Shown here in pieces: positions 52,326 through 64,000 of a stretch of 64,000 nucleotides of DNA (positions are counted from its first letter, which is position 1; each line of letters begins with the position of its first letter). Under the pieces are notes generated by a model. That model made no database searches. It was not told the origin of the DNA and saw nothing but the letters and a program-made list of their open reading frames with translations. The DNA comes from Macrostomum lignano (lineage: Eukaryota), in NCBI GenBank assembly GCA_002269645.1, contig NIVC01000173.1:773609-837608 (forward strand), read 5' to 3'. The position numbers and the translations under genes are program-made.

Positions 52326-54895
52326 TATTTATTCAGCTAGCTTGACTGCGCGAACTCACTGAAAGGTTGTCGAAGTTATCGAGCGAAAAATCCGGACGCT
52401 TCCGGTTATCGAATACGATCTGGAGTCGAGCGGCGGTGACGAGCGCAAGGAAGGGAGAGGAGGCTGTGAAAAACCTCACGACTCGGCTCAAATAGGGGAT
52501 CGGCTTCTGTCCTCTCCTCCTCCTCCGTCCCTTCGCCTCGTCTTCCGACTAGAGTGCGCCTCGCGCTCTCCCTCTCCTCTTCCTCGGTGGGGAGTGGGGA
52601 GGAGAGAAGGGTTAGGGAAGGAAGCGGGCGAAGAGAGAGGGGCAAAGGATAGAATGATCGATTCTCAGCCGCTGTTCGGTTGTCAGGGGCAACGCCCTTG
52701 CCCTTCTCCCTTGGTCTATCCCGCCCCTATTTTTCCTATTTCCTCCTCGGGTTGCCGGGCGTCTCAAAAGCAAAGCTTTGACTGCTCAGAGGCTGAGCTC
52801 AAATCTCTCTCTATCTTCTCTTCTCTTGGAATCCTTTTTTTCGCCCACGCCTGATCGATGGATAAGGGGTAGAGAGGCCGCGAGGGAGACAAATGGGAGA
52901 GAGGGAAAAGAGAGAGGGGGAGCAATGATGATGGAGAGAGAGAAGCTGGGCAGAGAGTATCGCGGCAGTCAGGAGGGTGTGCGAGCAGAGGAGACGGGCT
53001 TGCGTAGGTGAGGTGTCTAAGAGAGATTGTTCAGCCGTGGGTCTTCAGTTTCGCAGGGCTTTTATAAGTCGGCATAGGCACATGGCAGAAAGAAAAGGAC
53101 ACTAAATATAGCACTTGGAGGCACGCGAAGAAAAGCAAAATAAAATACGACCCCTCAACTCCTCCTCTGAAGGAATATCAGCCGAGTCTTGTATTTTTCT
53201 TCCCCTTATCTTCGACTGGCAGAGTCACGAGCTATAGGCACTGTACATGAGCTTACGAGCTTAGCTATAGGTAGGTAGGTGTTCGAATTCAAACTACTAG
53301 GGGTGCCTGCAGAGTCTTATCATATCTTCTGCTACTCGCTATGCTCTCCACACAGCAAGCTCTCAAGACTTTGGTCAGTTCAAAGAAAATGGAAATGTGG
53401 CGCGGGCAGTTTTCAGATTGCCTATAGCTAGCCCCTTTCATCCTCTCTCCCTGTGGTGCGCCCTTTTATCCAGAATCCCTCTCCTTAGTCTCCCGGCCAC
53501 AGCTTGCACAGCCAGACGCGATGCCAATGCAAACTTCCCTTCTCTCCGAATGAATCCCCCGAGGCCCATCACTTTTTCTCGATCCTCCCAGCTTCCCATT
53601 CCCGACGACTCATACAGCCTCCTTGTGGCACCCCTTTCCGCTTTGCTCTCCATCCTATAGCCTCATATCCCAATTCTCCGATCTTCCTCCCCGAAGCAAT
53701 TCGGTTGTCTTGAATAAGTAATTCCTTATTTCTTGCTTCTATCTAGCTACTTTCCATCCTCTGGCTTATAGATCAACAGAACTGGACCCGATCAACTCAA
53801 GCGATCGGATACATTATGAGAAGACTGCATCGTTGCTGCTGAAGAAAGTTTTACGAAATATAATTCTCTACCTCCGGGCCTATCCTCCGAAGAAATAAAT
53901 GTCTAATTCCTGAAATTATCCTGGAACGTTCGCTGAAGATTTTGCCATCTTTCTGTGCCTCATTTAAACTACTTTTGCCACACGTTAAAAAGACTTCTTT
54001 ATGACTTTCCAGTAGCATTTGAAGCTAGTAAGTTGCTTAATAACCATAATACTCGTAACAAAGAATAATAATAATAATTAATTACACCTGCACTATTGGG
54101 CATGTGCCCTGGGGGTTGGCCCTCAAGAAAAAGCAAAAATACGAGTATATCGAAGAAACGATTGTTATCGAGAATGTAAAAGTCAAAGAATCATCAAATA
54201 CGGCCAGTTGAAAATAAGCTAACTTTGTTTGAATCGGAAGTTGTTGTGACACCCAGCATTGTCTGACATGTAGTTCTCTTCAAATCGCTCCACTGATTAA
54301 AAAAAACACTCATAAATCATTTTGAGTTTGCCAGAAACATGCACTAGCTGAGAAGGCTCCTTGTCTTCAAACTTTTCTCTTTTGAGAAATAAGTGCAACT
54401 GCACTTACAGCAACTGTCTGAATCAAATGTACTTTACAGGTCAGATAAAGTTCATATTTTTTAGCATTTACATGTATAGCCTGCTTTTAAATAGGCGCCC
54501 CTGTCTATTGGTGAGCGCCCCTGTCTTTGTGGGGGTTGTTTACGAAATTTTGTTTCAATCAAAGGACTCCATCTTCCATAAGCAATCACGGGAGAAAAAA
54601 CTAATTTTGGTAAAGGTTGACATGCCTGCGTCAAACTATACCATTAGTCCGCACTCTATACCAGTTATTCAGCTTGTCTCAGTGATGCTCACCTTTAGTA
54701 GAGCTTCTGAGCTTCTGTCAGTCAGTCCTACTAACTTCTATTCTGAATTCTGCCGGGGTTTGCAGACATCCTAATTTGGGCATCGGCTTGAGTAATGAGT
54801 GAGTGTGTACTCATAGCAAATACGAAGTATATGCTTGCGTGTGTGTTGCTTTGGGCTTCTATACTCGCGAGTTTCTTTTTTCCCTACAGCTACAT

Positions 54896-55118
54896 GGGTT
54901 GCTTTCACAAGCTCGAAACCAGTTACTTTCATAAGCTCGAAATTTCACAACCTCGAAAACCCTTCTAGCAGCCCACTTTCACAAACACGAAACTTCATAA
55001 GCTCGAAATTTCATATCCTCGAAAATTTTAGCAGGCTGCTAGACTGGTTTTCGAGGTTGTGAATTTTCGAGCTTGTGAAATTTCGAGCTTATGAAGTTTT
55101 GAGCTTGTGAAGCGACCC
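54896..55118. mobile_element. MITE with GGG/CCC termini and internal inverted ~15-bp repeats
   Basis: TIR GGGTTGCTTTCACAAGCTC / GAGCTTGTGAAGCGACCC. TTTCA(C/T)AAGCTCGAAA units occur in both orientations. TSD unclear. Confidence 0.6.
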
Positions 55119-55384
55119 TAGCTAAATTTTACTGCAGCTTGTGTGCCACAGTATCAAGTCAAAAGTATCTTTTTCAGATTTCCCAAACATCCTGGATCTC
55201 AAAGGGAGCATTTAAGGGAGCATTTGACTGAATTCGTTCAAAGTTATGCAATACGAGCCTACAGACAGATTCGAAGCTCTTGAAAAAAAATGAAGTATGT
55301 ATAGCAACTTGTGAAGCCATTGAAATTAATTCAATTTAAAATTGTCATTCAGTATAACAAAACCTAATTTCGCAGCAGCGATCG

Positions 55385-56045
55385 GTAAGTCCAGGGCTCG
55401 CTCTCGCGTCTCGGTCAGCGGCACAGCCTCCATGCCGTACAGCAGGATCGGTTCGACGGCCGTGCGGAACAGGCGCACCTTCAGGCCGTCTCTGGCAGCT
55501 GAATTAAAAACGTTCCTGAGGAGGTGCGCGGCGCGTCAGACCTGGTTCCTCCTGTCGGAGACAATCGCATCGGGGCTCATCACCAGGGCGCCAAGGTACC
55601 GGAAGTCCTCGCACACCGCGATGCGGTCTCCATTGGGCAGCGTGAGAGTTGGGGCGGTATTCGTGCCCACGTGCAGGGCCTCCATCTTGCGAGCGTTCAC
55701 CAGCAGCCCCAAGACGGGCGCCTTCGTTGCAAAGCCTTGTGAGAGCGCGCTAGTCAGCAGCTGGATCAGGATGTCTGGAGCTTCGGCGTGAGACCAGCAA
55801 GTAGCTGTCATCCTCGCGGAGGGACCGACCAAGCACGTACACGTAGTCCAAAACCACGAGGAAGAGCAGAGGAGCCAGCGTGTCGCCCTGAAAGACACCT
55901 GAGCTGGTGCCGAACTCTTCTGTAGGGCCGTCGCTTGTAATGACAAAAGCCCTGGGAGTCGCGGTGGAGGTCCATCAATGCGCTCACCAGCGCAGAAGAC
56001 ACGCCATTCTGAGATAGAAGCCACGCGATTGCAGGCCTGGACACC
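55385..56045 (-). mobile_element. Non-LTR retrotransposon (RTE-like) reverse-transcriptase fragment, frameshifted and truncated
   Basis: Across frames: VSRPAIAWLL, GVFQGDTLAPLLF, LGLLVNARK, FRYLG and KVRLFRTAVEPILLYG. The YADD segment is missing. Confidence 0.85.
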
Positions 56046-56699
56046 TTACAGAATGTAACATCATTCTGTTACGCATTTTATAAGCGTCAGCTAAGAAGAT
56101 AAAATCTTCTCGTAACATAGAATCCTAGTTTTCTAAAAGAAAATCTCTATGAATGTCAATAAACATTACACATTGAATCTGCCTCCTATCATTTTTCAAA
56201 GAAACGTACTTTCCCCTTTTTCTATACTTGTTCATCATTTTACACAATTCGGTAAAATGCAAAACCGTTACAACCTGCAATCAAGCTCAGAATCCAAGTC
56301 CTATTAAGGACATGAGCTACACAGACTGTCTCTAGGTAGCCGAAAACATGAACGATTGGAACTGAAATATAATTGAATTTATTGACGCAGTTTATGCATG
56401 CTGCAACCACTGTAGAAGGTGTAGGCAATAATATGATTATCGATAATTTATTTAACTGATTTACAGAATTTCCCGTTTCTGTCAGCTAAAAGGAAACTGA
56501 ATTCTGTCAGCTGAAGTATTGGCTGCATGCAGGGTTTGAACAAATGTTACAAATAATCTGGGTCATTAATCACCCAACAATATTTCTGATAGTATATAAT
56601 GAGCTGAAGAATTGTTAGTTCTATCGTGTTTTTCGCGCCCTTCTAGAGGCCCAAAATCCACTGGAGCTGAGAGTCATCATCGCAATGAGTATGTGATTG

Positions 56700-58207
56700 T
56701 CTCCCCTGTCTCTTAGGGGGCGTCCCTGTCTCTGGGGTGCATGGGTGCCCCGGTTTCTGGGGTGGGCGCCCTTGTCTCTGGGTGGGCACTCCTGTCTCTT
56801 AGGTAGGCGCCTCTGTCTCTGGGGTGGGCGCCCCCTGTCCCTGGGTGGGCGTCCCTGTCTCTTAGGAGAGCGTCCATGTCTCTTAGGTGGGCGCCCTTGT
56901 CTCTTAGATGGGCGTCCCTGTCTCTTAGGTGGGCGTCCCTGTCTCTTAGATGGGCGTCCCTGTCTCTTAGGTTGGCGTCCCTGTCTCTTAGATGGGCGTC
57001 CCTGTCTCTTAGATGGGCGTCCCTGTCTCTTTGATGGGCCTACCTGTCTCTTAGGTGGGCGTCCCTGTCTCTTAGATGGGCGTCCCTGTCTCTTAGGTTG
57101 GCGTCCCTGTCTCTTAGATGGGCGTCCCTGTCTCTAGGTGGGCGTCCCTGTCTCTTAGATGGGCCTCCCTGTCTCTAGGTGGGCGTCCCTGTCTCTTAGA
57201 TGGGCCTCCCTGTCTCTTAGGTGGGCGCCCTTGTCTCTTAGGTGGGCGTCCCTGTCTCTTAGATGGGCGTCCCTGTCTCTTAGGTGGGCGTCCCTGTCTC
57301 TTAGATGGGCGCCCCTGTCTCTTAGGTGGGCGTCCCTGTCTCTTAGATGGGCGCCCCTGTCTCTTAGGTGGGCGTCCCTGTCTCTTAGATGGGCGCCCCT
57401 GTCTCTTAGGTGGGCGTCCCTGTCTCTTAGATGGGCGTCCCTGTCTCTTAGGTGGGCGTCCCTGTCTCTTAGATGGGCGTCCCTGTCTCTTAGGTGGGCG
57501 TCCCTGTCTCTTAGATGGGCGCCCCTGTCTCTTAGGTGGGCGTCCCTGTCTCTTAGATGGGCGCCCCTGTCTCTTAGATGGGCGTCCCTGTCTCTTAGAT
57601 GGGCGCCCCTGTCTCTCAGGTGGGCGCCCCTGTCTCTTAGATGGGCGTCCCTGTCTCTTAGGTGGGCGTCCCTGTCTCTTAGATGGGCGCCCCTGTCTCT
57701 TAGATGGGCGTCCCTGTCTCTTAGATGGGCGTCCCTGTCTCTTAGATGGGCGTCCCTGTCTCTTAGATGGGCGTCCCTGTCTCTTAGATGGGCGTCCCTG
57801 TCTCTTAGGTGGGCGTCCCTGTCTCTTAGATGGGCGCCCCTGTCTCTTAGGTGGGCGTCCCTGTCTCTTAGATGGGCGCCCCTGTCTCTTAGGTGGGCGT
57901 CCCTGTCTCTTAGATGGGCGCCCCTGTCTCTTAGATGGGCGTCCCTGTCTCTTAGATGGGCGTCCCTGTCTCTTAGATGGGCGTCCCTGTCTCTTAGATG
58001 GGCGTCCCTGTCTCTTAGATGGGCGTCCCTGTCTCTTAGATGGGCGCCCCTGTCTCTCAGGTGGGCCTCCCTGTCTCTTAGATGGGCGCCCCTGTCTCTC
58101 AGGTGGGCCTCCCTGTCTCTTAGATGGGCGCCCCTCTCTCAGGTGGGCCTCCCTGTCTCTTAGATGGGCGCCCCTGTCTCTCAGGTGGGCCTCCCTGTCT
58201 CTTAGGT
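56700..58207. repeat. 21-bp minisatellite (GGGCGTCCCTGTCTCTTAGAT/GT), ~65 copies, degenerate at left end
   Basis: Directly visible. Related units at 54494-54530. Confidence 0.97.
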
Positions 58208-59497
58208 GACGAAATTCCTCGGAGAAAATCTCGTTCGAGCAGTCCCGTTTTTATCACTGTTGAAAAATTAGTTTGCGGAACTTTAATGCATGATTATGAA
58301 CACTACCGCAGTAGAAATTATGCCTAAATATCTATAGCGATTCTGAAAACCTTAATAATCTCCTAAATCTCACATCACCGGAAATTTTTAAGCATTTACA
58401 TTTAGTCAATTATAACAAATTGAAATGATATTTACTTCAAAACGCTTTATGATATCGAGAAGAAAATATTGGCAGTATAAAACGCCGTAGTAGTGTTTTG
58501 AGTATTGTAGTTTTAGACATCGACTATATCGATTTAGAATATTCTATAATTGACGAAACTAAGGCGAATTCGTCTATAGTTGCTAGCATACTCGTAGATA
58601 TAACTTGCGTTTACTTTTGGAACAGAAAAAGCAGCTATTTATATAAACCATTGTAAAAAATTGAACAACCAATGAAGGCCTGATCCGATCATGAGAGGCT
58701 TATAAATGCACAGTTCTTCCCGCCAACAATGAAAAAGATCCATGCGGGATGCGGAGTCCGCTAAATAGAGCCTTGATCGCGTCGTATTCATGTTGCAAGC
58801 TGAGAAGAAACTTGAGTTCATTGTGACGAGGTACTTTATTGAACTGGGGCAAAATTAATGCCTCGTTGTGCCTGCTCAAGAGTACAGCTAGCTATATATG
58901 TGAATAGCACCATAATAGTCGAAGTTAAAAGAGCCGGAGATTACGAGTGTACGTTGACAATGTGACGACAGTCAATGAATGTACTGGAAGCACTAACGAC
59001 TCGCACTGTTCTCGATTTCTATTTCTAATCTACCTTCTTTACACCGCTTACATCATGCAATCGTGTGTCTCAGTCTCAGTTGGTAGTTTTACTAATATGG
59101 CTGGGCACTCCATCACCAATAATTTATATATGATTGCCCGTCATCATTCAGCCACCAATATTGATTATAAATAAGCAAATCCGTTTTTAAGTCGTTTACC
59201 GTAACTTCAAAGGATTTTACGGTGAAAGTTATCAATGTAGTACATTCAATTCCTTAAAGAAACATAAATGTCTACATTTTATCCACAATTATACTTCATA
59301 AACAGCCATGCGTGTTTATTTGAAATATTAGATTAAAAATGTTAGATAATTGTAAAGTAAATTTGCACGATAACTTTTGATGTTAGTCAGACAATAAAAT
59401 GACATGCAAGCGAATTATGTGAGTAGCTAATTGAAAAATAATTTGTGTAAGTGCGAGAGTATTTCTTTGAAAAAATCTAAATGGTTTATAGCAATTG

Positions 59498-60438
59498 TTA
59501 ACCGTAGCTCTCATTCTATAGCTTCCTGTGATTTAAAATTTTATGAACTGATAGCGGCAAATCTCTTCTACAGACTGCTTTTTGAATTTTTAAAATTGAT
59601 ACCAGAGAACAAAAGTTATACCAGGAAAGTAACAGTACCTGTACCATAGAGTTACACAAATTATAGGCTGAGCTTCACGAGATCCATGCCGAGTAAGCTT
59701 CGATGAATTGTTGATTTCGGCTTGTCCAACCTGTCAGCGATCTCTCTAATGGTCATTCGGGGGTCCTCGTCAAGAAGATCCAGAACGGAGTCCGCCAGTA
59801 CATCAGGTCGATGAACGTATGGCCGCCCCGTCCGATGCTGATCTGCCAAGTCAGTCCTTCCCTCGCTGAACTGCTCCATCCATCGATAAACTGTCATTTT
59901 GCTGACCGCAGAGAATCCGTGCACAGAGCAAAGTTTTGCGTGAATTGCTGAGGCACTATGGCCAGCGCCCCAAAGAGTGAAGATGGCACTTTGCTGAGCA
60001 ACAACTGAGTGCACATCCATGTGTGTTGTCGAGTATGGGCAATGAAATCATGAACAAATCGCAAAATGCAAGCTCCTCTGTTTGCAAGTAAAGTAATGAA
60101 TTTAATGCTTTATTTTTCTGCGCATGATTCTGTCCATAGACAAATTTCAGTCAGTCACAGTAAGATTATTTTGCAATTGGGCTTTGGTATTGCTTAAACA
60201 AGACATTTATCGATTCCTTCTTAATGAATGAGTGCAGAAGTCGACTATTATAAATTTCGATATAGTTTGTGTAACTCTTATGGTACAGGTACTGTTACTT
60301 TCGTGGGTATAACTTTTGTTCTCTGGTATCAATCTGTAGAAGAGATTTTCCGCTATCAGTTCATAAAATTTTAAATCACAGGAAGCTATAGAACGAGAGC
60401 TACGGTTAAAAGTGTCACTACTTTTTGGACACCCCTCG
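59498..60438 (-). mobile_element. Truncated mariner element: transposase N-terminal HTH region (59661-60020) between ~160-bp inverted arms
   Basis: ORF has mariner HTH motifs (IHAKLCSVHG..AVSKMTVYRWMEQFSEGRTDLADQHRTGRP, DPRMTIREIADRL..PKSTIHR). It stops where the WVP linker and catalytic domain should begin. Terminus CGAGGGGTGTCCAAAAAGT at 60438. 59498-59660 is the reverse complement of ~60266-60409. Confidence 0.88.
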
Positions 60439-60574
60439 AAATTAGTTAGACACAGTTTACACACTTATATGTGCCCTGGTGCGGAGCCTTCATATCTGTC
60501 TGTCGCATAACCTACGACACGACCAAATTGAGCGATTTACATGCACAAAGCCTCAAAACCTAGGACATAAAAGC

Positions 60575-61077
<503 letters not shown>

Positions 61078-61794
61078 CAGCTGTACTTCATCGTGACCAC
61101 ACTTGCAAGCCCCATTCGAGAAGGAAATTCAGTGTAATTTAGGTAATTAGGATACTTTCGTTCATAGAGAGACACATGTATGTACACTTTCATTTCATAG
61201 AAAGAGTGAGCAACACAATGTCTACTTTCAGTAGCTAGATAGGGAAAGCACACTTGAAATTTTCGCTATAGCGCAATACACCGTTTGCACATACTTCTAC
61301 GGTTGTAGAAGTACATTTATTTAGCTTCATAAACTGAACGCAAAAAGATCACAAAATAAACAAAGTCACTCTACTCTGCACTGTCTGTTTTGCGCAATTC
61401 AGATGCACTAAAGTTCCATCAACTACACGAATGTACTATACAATAGCTATCCATACTTACACCGACTGTTAAATCCTGATCATTAAGCTTTCATTCAAGC
61501 GTCAATAATGGAAAGTTGCATCCGGAGTGCTCCATTGAATTTAGTCTCACTAACATTCTGCGACTCTATAAAACTAGTGCAGGAAAGTTGAGGAGCCTCA
61601 GAATCGCAGGCAGGCACATTGAATGCAAGTAGCACACGCAGTAGTTAATGGCATTCAAGCCTATATAAGCATGCATGCATTTAGTCAGGAACTATGTTGA
61701 TAGCTCCCAGCCACGCAGAATTAAAGGATTATGTGCCGTTAGAATAGAAATTTCTACCAATTCTAACTTCAAGCTCTCGACAGCATATTGCCGC

Positions 61795-63235
61795 ATGACA
61801 TCTAAAGATTCTTCTAGTTCACTTAGTCTGCATCCGAGCCATCGCGATGGACGCCGGATGACTCTGCTTGATCCTGACCAGATTCAGGTCGACTTCCCCG
61901 CAGCGCCGCGCTCCGTCAAGTATCAACTGGATGATCCACTTGCCGACATTTGCATTGAGTTCGAAAGCGACGCCGACAAAGATGCTATATTAGAGATTGG
62001 CACCCACGAGAGCGTTCTGCAGAGCTACCCGCGGTTGTTAGAAGCCGTGAAAAATGGTACGCGTCTACCTTTTGCCGACTGGTCGAAGGTGACGAAAGTC
62101 AGCACGTTGGCTGAAGCTTCCATGATGAAAAAAACTTTTACAGCTTTGGAAGAATCGGACGGATCAACGACAGACGATGATGATGATGAGATCAAATCAA
62201 CAGTGGCCATGCGGCTCACAAGACAGAGGTCAGAGGACAGCAGCACATCCGATTCAGACGATTCAGAAGACCAGCTTGAACTGGAAGACACTGCATCGGG
62301 AGGCACTGAACTGGCAGCGGAAGTTTCAACCACCGAAGCAGTCGACGAACCCATTTATATGAAAGACAACGCCGATGATGAACGACCTTCGGATGCTTTA
62401 TGGACTCGATTCCAGCGTTATCGTCTATCCGATGAACGCTATCCACCGTCTGTCATGCGCATCGGCTTGAATTTCGCCTACACCGGCTCTGTAGAGCTGA
62501 CCCCGGAGGATCTAGCGAACGTGGAAGCGGCAGGAACAGCATTCGCTATGCCGAACCTGATTGAGTCGGCACGCCTTCTGCGAATTCACCGTTGCCTGTT
62601 CCGCGCTGGGCCATCGGATGGTCTGAATGAGGCAGAGATTTCCGCGTACTTGGCTTCCAATCTGAGCATTTTCCTGGCGAACCTTGACAGGCTGCAGTTG
62701 CAGGGAGTGGAAATTTTTTACTCGTTTGGATCGGCTGCTGGCCAGCGACCGGCCGTTGGACTCCGACGAAGAGCTGCTCTGCCGATTGCTACTTGACTCG
62801 CCTGCATGTCGAAGGCTGCTGCCCAATCAGCGACTGTGTCGACGCGGTTCGCCCGTCACCTGATTCGTGATCCAAACTTGATCGAGCGGCTGGATGAAGC
62901 CCTAGCGTCACTATCTCCAGAAGAGGCAGCAGAGACTGTCGAAGAGACGCCAGACGATGGAGCGTCAAGATCGCGGCGCTCATTGGTTGAACGTGGGGCT
63001 CGACCGTCAGTTTGCGTTCTCTGCTGCGGCGCTGACTCTGCTGGAGATGAGGACGTCACCGAAGATGTCGTGCTCACCGTCACGGCAACTCTCTCGCCAG
63101 TGGGCGACGAAGCTGACGAGCTTGAGAAACGACTTCGTATGACGAACATGCCGCGACCGCCCGGTTGGAGACTTGATTCGGCGGCCGCTGCGCAGTTTGG
63201 AGCTGACACCCTGCTCATGGCATTCGGCTCATCCG
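61795..63235 (+). CDS. BTB-BACK domain protein, large first coding exon; two apparent compensating frameshifts (~62716 and ~62830); gene probably continues at ~63770 past the window end
   Basis: BTB N-half DPLADICIEF...THESVL, BTB C-half MRIGLNFAYTGSVELTPEDLANVEAAGTAFAMPNLIES, and BACK-like LDRLLASDRPLDSDEELL in the +1 frame. ATG 61795 follows a CTAAC...CAG acceptor. Candidate donor G|GTGAGA at 63235. Confidence 0.7.
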
Positions 63236-64000
63236 GTGAGAATAGCACTCACTTACTGAGCGCCAGGACTCTGCTAATCAATCAAGTGTGTGACTTATCC
63301 ATGCTAACCTTAATACGAGTACGAGCTACATCACCTTCATAATACCTGCAGGATTAGTAAATAAGCGCTGACGACCACGATACTGATACTGATCGATGCA
63401 TTCATTGGGGAGGTTGCGAAACGCCTTCGGCGACATCACCTCTCAGCCAGCGATAAGGCAATTTTGGCCATTCCACCGACTTCCGTGGACGCGCCAATTA
63501 GTGTACGCAGGTACATTTCGTCCTCTTAAAAGTTTCTTGAAAATTGCAGTGCAATACAGGCGGCTTAGGCGCAATGGTAACTTACAAAAGTGCAGTGGTG
63601 ATGCTTAGACACCCGAAATGCAATTTTATCACTCGACTGTGCGAAGATTGATTTCAGATATCTACTATATGCAATGTTATGCGGGGAAATTTGGATAAAA
63701 GGCACAAGTACTTCAGGTACGCCACTCTAGGCACGTTTAGAACTACATACAACCCTTTTATTCCAGAAAATTTCATCAGCGTAAAGCGGGCCTGTCTTTG
63801 CCGACCGGGGTCACCACCTGGAGTCGTCTCTGCAGCTCTCGAGCCGCTGCGCCAGCCGCAACGGCGCGGACTCGCTGCTCGCTGACAGCGGCTGGCTGCG
63901 GCGCCGCGGTAGCAACGGGTGGCGTGCAGCGCACCGAGGCCAGTGCAGACGTCTCAGGTTCAGCATCCGTCGCCTCGACACCGAAACCGTGCTGGACACG

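Noticed and set aside
53560-53660. RT-like motif GVPQGGCMS on the minus strand
   Set aside because: Not followed by the expected YADD region; could be chance.

Overview
Eukaryotic (animal) genomic DNA, repeat-rich, with GC-rich exons and GT-AG introns. It is most likely the flatworm Macrostomum. This is an inference from a match, recalled from memory, to its spliced-leader (SL) sequence at 31634-31671, acceptor-like AG sites just 5' of most start codons, and abundant (TCTA)n/(CAGA)n and minisatellite arrays. Genes reconstructed by hand from splice sites and phases: a divergent RPL23/uL14 (2 exons, minus); USP7 (3 exons, plus), whose poly-Q N-terminus has no genomic ATG; a compact ~644-aa plakin-family gene (12 exons; SH3-bearing plakin segment plus plakin repeats); an unidentified 520-aa 4-exon gene with a vWA-like segment; intronless synaptotagmin-1 (minus); and a BTB-BACK gene with a split BTB domain and two compensating frameshifts, running off the window end. 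About 4.4-23 kb is a nested graveyard of non-autonomous DNA transposons showing CpG decay. Also present: two tRNA-SINE copies, a truncated mariner, an RTE-like RT fragment, a 28S rRNA-like fragment and many tandem arrays. Most long ORFs in the supplied track are repeat artefacts. No intact tRNA or rRNA genes and no CRISPR arrays were seen. No database searches were run; family assignments rest on motif recognition.
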